Source of the DNA: Thalia democratica
Taxonomy: Eukaryota
Length of the DNA: 64,000 nucleotides
Assembly: GCA_965202585.1 (NCBI GenBank)
Contig: OZ241828.1
Location: 81,282,001-81,346,000, forward strand
Direction: 5' to 3'
Shown: positions 27,501 to 39,651 of the stretch, piece after piece
Position numbering within the stretch: position 1 is the stretch's first letter
Layout: every line of letters starts with the position of its first letter
The notes under the pieces: model-generated
Databases searched by the model: none
Seen by the model: only the letters and a program-made list of their open reading frames with translations
Told to the model about the DNA's origin: nothing
Position numbers and translations under genes: made by a program

Positions 27501-30500
27501 ATGAAAATATAAGACACAGGTTCACTTAAAAATAAAAATAAAATTACTTTACTTGAGCCGATATATTTTGCTTACTTTTTAAACTAGAAGTTTTTAACTT
27601 TCAATAAATTTTATAGTTTTTAAAATTTTACTTAAATAGTATAATATTTAAATTAAAATCTTAAATCAAACTAATTATACATATTATATGCACTACTAAG
27701 TGCATATATTTTATGAAAAACATTTCCTTATTAAGTTAAAAGACAATCAATGATTTGTAAACTAGATTTCTTTTTGGTTTAAAGATCTTTAACAAAACTA
27801 TATAGTACCTGATAAAAACTATGTAAACAACATTAAATTTTGATAGGTTTTATTTCTTTACAAACTATCCGCTACGTGGTGCTAGCAAGCGTTTCAGCAA
27901 GCAACGAGCTATGAAGCGTAGCAAACCGCTCAAAACGCTCGTTCGTAGTAAAGCTACCAAACCACGTTTTTACTCTCTCCTCTATGTGACTGGTGATGAT
28001 AAGGCAAGATATAAAAAAGAGAAATTTCAGCTAGCACTGCTGATGATAAAAAGTTCAACAATAACTCGGCAGTTCAAGTTTACCATCTCGTTATTATATA
28101 TTCGACTCATTCATAATACTAATTTGACTCTTTTATAATTTTCAAAACAAAAATCACCCTTTAGTATGATGCTTTGAACACTACGAGTTTTTATTAATAA
28201 CTTTTATAAAAAGAATTATATGCAAATGAGTTTGTTTTTATCTTTCTACACTCAAACCACAGTTGCCACAACAAGCATTAAGTTGTTTGAACACTTTGAA
28301 AGTTTACTGAACACGCGAACAGTTTTTATATCTTTAAATTATTTACGGTTTATTTATTTGTGGCTGGTAAAATAAAACAGGTTTTTTATTGAGTTCTTCC
28401 TTATGTAAAATTTTAAATTGTTTAATTTAATGAGACTAAATTACCATTTTCTTTTGTAAAATTTCAATCTATGTTTTTTATATTACATAGCAACTTTTAA
28501 TTTAAATATGAACTGTTGAAATAAATACAATAGTCTTAAAAAAACTTAAAATATATAGATTGATTTAGAAAAGCATTATAATTTGATTGGTTTTGCATTT
28601 TTATAGAAGTTTCAAAAGGTAGCTTTGTTAAAACTGTGCTTTTTCAAATTTGTTAATAACCGAGTATTCAATTTTTTACACTTAAACTTTATTATAATAT
28701 AATTTACAAAATTTACTCCATTTAATTACCTAAACTGATAAATATCTAAAATTATTATATTCAAACTAATAACAAAACAAACTCACAGTAGTGCTTCTCA
28801 ACTGTCTGAACCAACTTATATTTTGTTTGCGATCTCAGGTAGGAAAACATGACGGCTACTTCAATCGCGTTTTGTGACGGCACAATCAAAACCTGCTTGT
28901 CAGGATTCCGTACCCATGCGTTCTTGCTAGCTGTGGAACCTGTGACGTCATAATTGATTTGTTGGTCTGACGTTTCATTTTAAGTTTATCAGACGTTTTG
29001 ATTTAAAAAATAATTAATCAATGATTTGTTTTTATTTCAAAAGGTTGGTTACTTTTTGAAAGAATTAAGTTAATTAAAGTAAAATCTTTTTTTGTGTTGA
29101 CATCAAAACTTGAAAGGCGTAGTTTTTATCATTTTTCAGTCAAAATTCGGCATTTACAGGTTTTGGGAACAAAAATAAAGCATGTTTAAACATTATCTTT
29201 TTAAATTTAATCATCCATTTTATAAAGAATAGATAGTGTAGACATTTGACAGCTACTTTAAAACATTTTAAACTGGGCTGTCATATACTTTTATTTTAAA
29301 GTTAAACAAACATAAAAAATTGATATAATCTCATATTTACTTATCTAAGATGTGATCATATCTTTAAATTTAATACTTAATTTTAAACCGGTACTTTAAA
29401 AGCTTAGCTTTCAGAAACGTAGCAGATATACCTCAGTGTATTAATAAATACACAGTAACTGTATATGATCGTAAAACTGGTAATAAAACTAATTAACTAT
29501 TCTCGTAAAAATTAATCTTTATTTAATGACCTTCACTTCCGCTTTATACAACAAAATATACAGCGATTAAAAATAAAACTTTAAAACGATTAAAATATTC
29601 AATACAATACAATTATATTCAACTTTAGTTTGATCGGTAACTTAATATTTTTTTCTTAACAACAGACAAATCTTCTTTTGAAATGATGTTGTAAGTCTTA
29701 ATAGATAAATGTAAGAAGTTTTATTGTTTCTCAATCAAATGAAAAATAAAATTTAGTTTTTAGTGTTTTACGAAGTTCTCGTTTTACCTTACTGCCTGAC
29801 AAAAAAGCCAACACATTCAAGCAAAAAACAAAGTGCTTATTACGCAAGCTTTAAATACATTTAGTTAGCTTAGATAATCAAACTTTTATTTCCAATGGTG
29901 AGAACAGCGGTTTGTGATTGGACGACTCCGTGTTTGTTTGTCACGTGACACGAATAATTACCAATGTCGCCATCTGACGGATGATATATTTGCAGGAAGC
30001 TTGAAGTTGCTCCCAATATTCTCCTCAGTCCACCGTCATCAAAACTAAATATAAGTTTATGTTGAAAAAGTTACATTCTCACACTTTAAGGTGTTTATAT
30101 TGTAGCAGCTCAGCTTGTTACAGAATTTAAACAAAGTCTCAGAAATTACTTTTAATAGCGGTTTGAAAACTTTAAATTAAGATAAATAAGAAATTAATTT
30201 AGGATTTATATCAGGAATTGGTAATTTGATTTTGAAAAATTTGTGTGATTTTATTTTTTTAAATTTTTAACTTTGTTTAATTTTTAAACTTTAGGTATAG
30301 AGGCTTTGTTTAACACAAAATTTAATTATTTAAAGCGTTGCACAGACAACAGAAAAAAAGTTTTTTGTTTTAGGAAACTGTATTTTTTTATGGTAATTAA
30401 AAAATATGATATAAATTTTAAATTTAAATTACAGCCTAACTCACAGCATCATAACTATCTAAGGACATGCAGTGCATATTTTAACAACTAATGTTTTTTC

Positions 30501-33500
30501 AACCTTCTAAATTGTTATCTAAACTTGTAGCACTAGCACGTTAATTGCTACACAGACTAGATTTTTAGTTTGATTAGAAGTATTTAGCAAATAAAATTAT
30601 ATAATTAACACACCTCTTTATTAAATCTATAAAGTTTTCCTATGGTTTATATGTCTTTTAACAGTAGTAAAAAAACATATACAGTTATATATATGAATAT
30701 AAGCTTGAAAAATTAAACAGCTAAAAAGTTTGCAGTTGTTGTAATATCTTAGAAAATGATATTTTTATGGCTATTGCGTATAGGATTTTTTAAAGCCTTA
30801 AAGTATTTGTGTTAGTTATGTTTTGTCCTTATTAATCATTCTTTAACAACACTTGTTCATATATCAAATAATAAAAAGTTAGTAACAAACTTCGAGAATG
30901 AAATAATTCAACCACAATTGAATAATCTTATTTTTGCTAACCCCCGTTAGCTTAGTATCTTTTGTGCGGGTATAAACAATAAAAGCTTCCGCAAAGTACT
31001 CTATTCTATAGCTTGAAAAAAATCTCGTTTTAATTTTAAGAAATGGTTAAATGAACTTCAAAAAGCTTAGAATAAAGTTAACGCTTGGACAATTTGCTTT
31101 TAAATTTTTCATGATTTTGCAATATATTTATAAATATATCTTAAAGATAAATTACATTTTTGATAGTCAAATTTCTGTCTGCGAATTGTTTTTTTTAATT
31201 TGATGTATACTTTTACGATAAGTTATTGTTTTTACTGTATATTTGCAACGAAAAGTAACTTAGTATAGTTATTTACCTTTTAGTACAGTATTGAAATTTT
31301 AAAAAGATACCTTTATGACGATTATGACGTTTGTAATAACTTACAAACGACTTAATCTGTTTAGTTTAACTTGCATACAAAACACCTATTAAATTAAACA
31401 CAATAATGAAATTTCGAAATAGTTTTACAGATTATTTTCAAACTTAAATAAAAAGAACGAGCATTTCAAATTTTATCTTCATAGAAAGTTCAAAATATAA
31501 ACATTGCAGTAAAGTTAGTAAACATTCAATCAACATGTACGATAAACAGTTTAACTAGTTATTTCAATGCGTTATCAATTAAACTTTTGGAGCTTAAACT
31601 AAATATTACCGTTGAAAAGTACAACAAAACTAGTCTATAAAATTCAATATTTTAAATATTAAATATAAAACAAAATATTTGGAGATTAAACTAATTTTGT
31701 CAATTTTTAAATCGTGAAAAATATAACAAACTTGGTCTATAAAATAAATATTTTACAAACTTAAAACGCGTAAAAGAACTTTGCCTTTTTACAGACACAT
31801 CACCGTATAGATAGGAGAAAATTTATGCTGCCCACAAGCATACAAAGGAACTTAACGCAGTAATACACATCCTCTGCACAAATTGCGGTTTTATTTGTTG
31901 AAAAGCCACCACTTCACACTTTTAATTTTTAACGTGTTAAGTACTTATTTTACAATTAAAAGTCTGCGTATTTTTTCTAGCCATGCTCTGTTTTGAAATC
32001 TTTCAGAATTTTTTTTTCAAGATTGTGTTAATCTACCTAACAGCTCTATATTTTTATGTTTGAATAAAGTCTTGCTTTAACATCAGATCGAAAGTAACTA
32101 TAACAAACTTTTCAAACTTTAGCTGATTGTTATATAATCATATGAAGTTATTTAAAAAGTATAAAAATTTTACCTGCCCTTAGGGTCGGCCGATTTATTT
32201 ATTAGAAAAATTCAAATTAGAATGATTAATTATTTTCTAAGCCCGTCAGTTCCACTAGTCTACATTAAATAAAGAGCATTAGTTATATAACACCAACATT
32301 TAACATAACCTTTTGATCTTATTTTGCACTTAAAGTAAACTTAAAGTTCTATTAAAAAAATACTATTATGAGGATGAAGTTGTACTTTACTGCCCCAGAC
32401 CTTTTTTTCAACTCTATTTAAAAGCTTCAATAAACAGCATTATTTAACCTTTTTGACATTTATGTGCTTTGTTTATTGAATGTTTTTTTAATAAGAAAAT
32501 TAATTAATTTAGTGTTATTCAACTCCCTCGAAAAAAAAATTAAACTGATTGGAGTTCAATTGCTTTGATGTTACAATTTGACAAGTATGTTTTTGTTTTT
32601 TAATTAAATTTGGTAAATTTGGTTTTTTTTATAAAAGAGTTAGTTCATTTACTTCTAGTTGTTTTAATAATAAAACTTAGCTAATAATTTTCCCATATTT
32701 GTTACAATAGTTTATTTTTTTTCCTAATAGACAAAAGTTCATAAAAATCCGATTGTTTTGGCATTTAAACATAAATCACACCTTTAAATTTATATTACTT
32801 TACAACTATCTTGTTACAGTTTTCTTTATCAAAAATAAACTGTAGTGAAAGGTAGTTAAATTCAACGGACAATAAACTCCTAAAGAATAAGGCAAAAATC
32901 ATTTAAGGTCACCTGACAGTGACGTATAAGCAAAACATTAGTTTCGTACTTTAACCAACCAAAGTGAACTTTCGGCTTTATGACGCTATTACAAAACAAC
33001 CATTATGCTTTATTAGCGCAGTTTGGGTGTTTGGGAAAAGGTACTTATAAAAACAAATAAAACTAACTTTTTCACGGGTTTTTCATTTTTCATCCACTGA
33101 AACTCGCAACCCCCGCTTTCCGCCACTTCGACCAGGAAGAACGCGCCACCTCGCGGAGGGTCGACTTGGTCTTTCGGCTGGGAAATTATCACTGCTCTTC
33201 CTCGGCCAGCTGCAAATGAATTATTTATTTGTTTGCTGTTACGCGCGCACGTCGCAACGTGAAGCAGTTTTGAAATTTCGCGGATTTTTTTTTTGTGAAT
33301 TCAAGTTTAATTCGTTGCGACAAGGTTTTAGCTTGCTTTTGTTTGTGTATACAAAATTACAATAAGGTGGATTTTAATGATTTTTTTTGTAGCGCTTACT
33401 GTTTTAACGTTTTCAATCTTAAATTAAGCATTATTTTGCTTCCAAATGTCAGCTGGCTTAATGAGAATTTTTTTTTTGTGTTTATTTTGTTATAATACAT

Positions 33501-34648
33501 AGTATAAAAACATTAAACATATTTTTTATTTTCATTCACTTCCGGTAATTGATATTTTAATACAAATTAACTGAGTATAACTACGGTATTTGATTTACAT
33601 AACATTTATTTTGACAGTTATTTTTACTTTTACCAATATTTATCTTCACTTTTTTATTTGTTTTTATTGTTTTAGTTTTTTATTGTTTTATGAATGTTTT
33701 ACTATATAAATACAGTAAGGAAAAAACTTCAACTACAATCACTAATGTAAATAAAAAGTGGTTGATAATTTTTTTGACTATAGGCTTGTTTTGACATAAG
33801 CCGTAAACATTTAATTAATTTTTAAAACTAACAAAAAAAATTAAATATTTTTTTATCTATGCAAATTTCAAGCAAAGTGGTCGATTATGTAAACTAATCA
33901 AACATTAAATATATTTAAGTTACTTTTCTCAGGTCTAATCCAGTTTTTCAACTTAAATTAGACAGAATACATTAAACTAGGTTTATAAATATTTTTTGTT
34001 GCTATTGTCTTTTTTAATTATCTATCATTACTAAACAATTCAAATGACGAAAATAGTTATAGTACTTTATTATACTTGACTGTTCAATAACACAATAACA
34101 TACAACATGCATTAACCAACTGTTCTTAAAAAAAACCATCAGTTAAACCTTCAAATTGCTAAACAAATAAATTGTTTTTATATATTTTTATTCACCGTAT
34201 ACTAACATATAAACTTTCTAACCTCGAGGCGTGAACCGAAACTCTTCGCTCACAATCACGTGACCGCCCCGACCAACGGAGCACCTGACGGCGAAGCTGA
34301 CGTCATCACCGTGCCTCACCGTCACATTCTCCCCGTCGCCTGTTGCCACGGCAACCGTCAGGCTCCCGTTTAAGAACTCCCGAAACTTCTCGACTCCCAC
34401 GAACTCGTTCCGCGCCCACCCGTCGAAGAGCTTGTAGTCCCGCTCCTTTCCTCCCGCCTCCCCCGGGTCCAGCAGCAGCGGCTTGACGAACCACTCCGGG
34501 CGAAGCGTGACGTCATCGTCGCTTTCCCCCGCGCACACGAGTTCAATGACGTCATCGCTTCTGGTGACGTGGTCGTTTGCAGGTTGTTTTTTGAACCGGA
34601 TGTTGGGGGGCCTCGTCGAGCTTCTCACAAATTTTTCATCCCCGGCAG
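15596..34648 (-). CDS. Large type I transmembrane Ig/FN3 receptor (3 Ig + 1 atypical beta domain + 5 FN3 + TM + non-catalytic tail), architecture reminiscent of DCC/neogenin/protogenin; signal-peptide exon not located
   Basis: 24 phase-consistent GT-AG exons: 34648-34223, 33209-33068, 30044-29884, 28939-28787, 26957-26700, 26024-25839, 25449-25282, 24828-24673, 24225-24055, 23423-23278, 21651-21369, 21078-20896, 20474-20388, 20187-20013, 19716-19580, 19119-18946, 18629-18441, 17787-17604, 16909-16859, 16666-16555, 16384-16326, 16064-15953, 15871-15802, 15645-15596 (3833 nt, stop TAG). Ig motifs: ELVC..EWF..NGSLTV, FQWMK..LQIYHPSDGDIGNYSC, LQC..WYKDG..DQGFYEC. FN3 motifs: IQVEW, VEPFVDY, GLKRDEQFWY, LEISW, INVTW..NLYPNTPYNF. 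TM: ILQIMVPVMVSVFIITLFALLMW. The acceptors at 16909 and 16064 are the least certain junctions. Confidence 0.9.
27866..28098 (+). repeat. 233-bp dispersed repeat, copy 1 (unclassified SINE/MITE-like)
   Basis: Near-identical to the reverse complement of 39419-39651, with only scattered substitutions. Lies in the receptor intron 26958-28786. Confidence 0.85.
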
Positions 34649-35230
34649 CTGAAGTGAGAAATTGGTTATCAAAAGTTTGTACAAAAAAACTTATATAGTT
34701 ATTTAACAAAGTTAAAGAACTATTGGATGCATGGTAATATCTAGTTGAAATTTTTGATTTAATCTTATAAAAAAACCGGCGGAAGCCAAAGCTTTCTTGT
34801 GCCAAACTCAGTTAAGATAAAGCTTTGATTACACACTTGATCATTAGACCATACTGTGGTCAAACTTGTATGATTAAACATTAAATGAATTTTATAAAAA
34901 AATAATTGTTTTGTTTTATTTTTTTAAGTTGTCTTAAGTTTAAAAAAAAATAAAACAAAGTGTTTAGTACTACAAAATACTTATTTTATTATGAATTTTT
35001 TGAAAACAGTATCATTTGTAACAAATTAAGAAACAACAGTTCAACTTTTGCTAGGTATTTTAACTTGAATTTCTTCTTAGAAGGTATAATTTAAGCACTA
35101 AACTGCTTGTATTTAATTTAACTTTTCTCATTAAATAATTACATTACAAAATATTTTAAAATATATCCTTAAACATTCATCTAACAATACCCTATTAGTT
35201 AACTAACCACTTTTCGATAAAAACATCAGC

Positions 35231-35605
35231 ATGAAAAGTATTGTAACAAAATACTTTGTTGCACTTTTTCTGTTCATTTTGATTATTAGTCAGTGTTTTG
35301 CTTCTTTGAGGTATCTTCTTAATGTATTTAAAAATACGTAGTTATTGATTATTTAATAAACTGAGGTAGACTGAAAAAAAAATCTCATATATCTTTAAAT
35401 AATTATTATTTGACATTAGTTTACACTACTAGTAAAAAGGACAAATTTTTATAGTAGTACTATAAAGTAAGCTGAGGTTAAAAACTTTGGTTTATAGTTT
35501 AGTTATAATTGCTTAAAATAATTACCTAGCGATCACCACAAAACCAAATGTTTTGTTAGGCAGCCCACAAGAAACATTGTGATGTTTACACAGCAAGTCG
35601 TATAG
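35231..35605 (+). CDS. Candidate small secreted peptide gene (exons 35231-35310 and tentatively 35530-35605)
   Basis: MKSIVTKYFVALFLFILIISQCFASL is a typical signal peptide ending at a donor (AG|GTATCT). The first downstream acceptor (TACCTAG|) gives SDHHKTKCFVRQPTRNIVMFTQQVV*. The second exon is uncertain. Confidence 0.4.
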
Positions 35606-35884
35606 TAAGGCAAACAAAAGATTCTCTTGTGTATTGTGTGTGACTTGTTCGCCCACTAATAAGTTATAATAATACATTATTAGAATCTTACAACCATTTG
35701 AAGCAATTAGCTTTTCTTAATTAAACGAGTAAATGCTTTGTTTTTGATAAAACTTGTTTTAAATAGTGGTAAAACTGTTGTTTGTGTATTTAATGATAAG
35801 TTGTTAGGCACTTTTTTGTAAAACTGACTACTACTAATTATTTGGTGTTTTTTTGTAACGTTTATTTACAAAAAAATTTCTGTG

Positions 35885-35907
35885 TATATATATATATATA
35901 TATATAT
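35885..35907. repeat. (TA)n microsatellite
   Basis: About 11 uninterrupted TA units. Confidence 0.9.
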
Positions 35908-36789
35908 GTAAAAAATTTCAATGTTTGTTTTATATTTAGCACATCTGGTTTACTGTATTATAATTATACAATAAACAATAAACCAGTGTTTATTGTATAA
36001 TTCCAGAAGTTTTTATTACATAATAATGGTCAAAAATCTTACTTTGCAACAATAAGTGCCAAACTAAAGAAAAACAATTTTACACTTATTATTCAATACA
36101 TTATAAAGAGATAACAACAACAATGATAATAAGTAATAAATTGAACAAAAAAAATTTATTAAGGACTAAACTATCATATTTAACACTAATTTTTTGCAAA
36201 ATAAAAATGCTACTCTAGCTTAATTAAAAAAGGTACAACTTTTTTTTAAAAACCTGCTTTATGTAATTTAAATATATAGTGATAGTGCAAAGTCATACCT
36301 CTGTTGTACTTGCATGGCAGCTTTGAAAAGCTACATTAAGAGATAAAACTATTCCTCTTAAACATAAAGGTGTTTAATTCAACACAAAGGCATTGAATTT
36401 AACAAAACTGACTGACTTGAAGAAAAACCTACTTTGATATCTTTAACTAACATATCTGTTTATAAGTTGCTTCTTCTCTATTTCTATTAACCAACTACTA
36501 ACCAAGCTAGGTAGCTGGTTGTTTAAACAACAGCAAGCCACTAAACACACACCTTTAATTTCAGGCAAAAAAGCGGCAGCTCCTCTTTTTACTAACTACT
36601 TTACAAACTGAGCTAATTAGAAAAATAAAAGTATATTTAAAAACAATTAAGTAAAAAACTTGAAAATAATTTACGGATAACAAATAACTCAAGAGCTGCT
36701 TTTTAAATTTCAAGTTGAAATTTCGCGAAGAGCGCAAGTAGCTGAATACATTGCGAATAACTTGTTAACTGTTTAAGTGCATTGGCACG

Positions 36790-36963
36790 AATAACTAATA
36801 AATTTTCTCTCGTTCGACCACTCGACTGCTCTTTCGCTCCCGAGGCGGCGTTGCTGCGCTTTGCTGCCAACACGCGGTGAAAAATATTTTGTTTTAAAAA
36901 TATGCTTGAACTGTTAACGGTTGTTCACTGCTTTTAACGCATTTCTAAACAACATTTTTTTTG
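36790..36963. promoter_or_regulatory. CpG-rich promoter or first-exon-like segment upstream of the receptor
   Basis: Sharp local GC/CpG rise (CTCCCGAGGCGGCGTTGCTGCGC) within AT-rich DNA, no ORF, a + strand donor (TTT|GTAAGT) near 36963 and a possible - strand donor near 36676. Function is inferred. Confidence 0.35.
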
Positions 36964-39418
36964 TAAGTATAAACAAAATTAACAGATAATTTTTTTGTAA
37001 TTGCGACGTAGACAAAACATAAAGTTATTTTGAACTAATATATGGTTTGCTTAGTTTTAAATTTGGGTATTAGATTAAAACATTTTGTTAGATTAAGTTA
37101 AACGTACTAAAACCATCAATTTACTTACTGTTGTTACTTTTTTTATTTTACTTTTCAAAAGATTACTTTTTTTTTTCAGAGTCGACAGTTTGTACTTTTT
37201 TTTTTGGAAGATAATTGTTTTAAGGTTTATTGAATCAAGTTCCTGAATAAAAGTTTTTTTTTGTAAACTCTGTGTTTTAAACACCAGTAAAAATAACTAG
37301 TTTTTGTCAAAGTATTTAAATATATAATATTTTTCATATTAAAAAAAATTATTTTAAGTAGAAAAATATTACTTGATGATGTTCAAGCTTGTTTTATGAT
37401 TTAATAAAGCTCATAACTGCTGGAACATATACATAAAACGATAGTCGATAGTTAAAAAAAATACTTTAAAGCAAAAATATTATAAAATATATTAAATTTA
37501 ATCGACAAGCAAAACGTTTAAATATAGATGCAGAAAGTATATGAAATCATAGAAGTGTAAAAGAATATCTTAAGAGGTTTTTCAAAGCTAAATTACAAAT
37601 AATCTTGAAAAAATATCATCTTCACTAGTTTAATGATTAGTTAAATAGAAATTAATTTTTTATCTTTTATTTTTGTTTCTTAAATAAGCGTTTGTTTGTT
37701 TTTTTTTTTTTTTTTGAAAAACTGTCGTTGTTATAAAAGTGTAATACAGTTTTAACGATTATTTTTGAAAGATAAGATAGATTTTTTCAACGGAAAATAA
37801 TTTTATTAAACGGAAATCTTGTTAAGTATAGCTAAATCGTTGTACATTTACAGGTTGAAAAAAAAGTTGCTTCTAAATATATATCTTAAAACATACTGCA
37901 ACATCTTTAAAAATAGAAAATATGTTTCAGATTTGTTAAGTTAAAATTGAAATATCTACATAACAAACTAACGTATAAAAATGAATCAAAACTAAAAAAA
38001 GCCTGAACTGAAATAGAATAGTTTTAGTTCTCTGTTCGTGCTATTTAAACAGTATAAAAGTAGAATAAAACATTTTTGTTATTTAAAATGCTGCTTAAAA
38101 CTTACAGTCGTGTAAGCTTAAGTTATCTAAGTTCTTGATCTACAGTAAACTTTACGAACTTAAGCTATTTGGAAAGCGTTTGTAGTAGTGTTTGTAAAGT
38201 AAATAGTTATAAGGTGTGTTGATAAAACGTACAGCTATTAATTAATACTATCTGTTAAAAGTAAAGTTTACTAGTTTACGCTGTTTGGTAAAATACATTG
38301 CTAGTTATTTTGAAAAACGTGTATTACAAAACCTTAATCTAAACTTTGTAAAATTATATTTTATTGATAGCCTTTACGCGAAACATAAAGTTTTAGTCAA
38401 GTTTAGCTAAGTTAATTGTATTAGTTGTAAAAATAAAGAGAAATTTGTAAATTATAAATCAAAATATCAAGTATATCACATTTGAAACTAGACTAATGTA
38501 TGATCAAAACTTTTTATTAACTTGGGTTTGTCTCACGGTATATTTAATTCCTGTCTTGATTCTTTTAGACTTTTATCTTTTTTAAATTTTTTTTTTAATG
38601 TATTGCAATTAAAGATAAGCTTTAACGATAAGTTATAAAGTATTAACAAAGCAGCAATACATTTTATATCTGATTAGAATAAACTTACTACATTTATTAA
38701 ACAAAAAATGATTACCTTTTTATTATCAATAAATAGAACCTTAATAGGTATCTGATTCAAAATATCCCGTAAAATTTTTTTATTGCAAAATATTAAAAAT
38801 AAAACTTTATTTTTAAGTTCAACAATAAAAAACTTTGAAAAAATTGTTTAAGCTTTAACCATGTCAGTTAAACCAAGTTTCGCCACGCTAGTTTTCTCAT
38901 CATTTAAGTCATAGTACAACCGAGTATCAAATAATTCCTACTAAAAACTTCTCAATATTAAATTTGTTGTCGCTAAAAATTTTAAGTGGAATTTTTTTTT
39001 ATCTCTTTACTTATATTCCAGATAAGTTGCTTTTTCAGTTAAAAGGTCGAATGAACTCAAACTAACAAATGAACTCAAACTCGTTCATTTTAATCTTTAG
39101 TTTTAAATATAAAAACATTGCTTTTATTCTTAATATAAATAATGTAAGAGCTGGCATGATTTCAAAACTTGTAAAAATTGTTTTAAGTTTAAAGCCAAAA
39201 AAGTTACTTGTGGTTTTTAAGTAGCAAATTAACAAACTTAACTATGAAAATGTTTTTTAAATAAAATAGTAACTTTAAATTGTGTTAGCAGTATTAAAGT
39301 TGTAGAACACTGTTTAAAACAGATTTAAATGAAAAAAAAAATAATATTGTAAATGAACAATTTAACTTGTTTTCAAAACTTTAAAACTAACAATTTGTAA
39401 TAATAAATGCGTCTAAAA

Positions 39419-39651
39419 TATAATCACGAGGTGGCAAACTTGAACTGCCGAGTTATTGTTGAACTTTTTATCATCAGCAGTGCTAGCTGAAATTTCTCTT
39501 TTTTATATCTTGCCTTATCATCACCAGTCATATAGAGGAGAGAGTAAAAACGTGGTTTGGTAGCTTTACTACGAACGAACGTTTTGAGCGGTTTGCTACG
39601 CTTCATAGCTCGTTGCTTGCTAAAACGCTTGCTAACACCACGTAGCGGATA
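39419..39651 (-). repeat. 233-bp dispersed repeat, copy 2 (inverted relative to copy 1)
   Basis: Reverse complement matches 27866-28098 end to end. Confidence 0.85.

Noticed and set aside
27911-28138. Listed ORF MKRSKPLK... (and its twin at 39424-39693)
   Set aside because: Lies inside the 233-bp dispersed repeat; similarity stops at the repeat boundary and no domain is evident.
30942-32985. Short open segments in the Ig2 intron (32985-32913, ~31916-31850, ~31011-30945) as Dscam-like alternative exons
   Set aside because: Their phases do not chain back to 30044, and direct splicing of 33068 to 30044 already gives a complete Ig domain.
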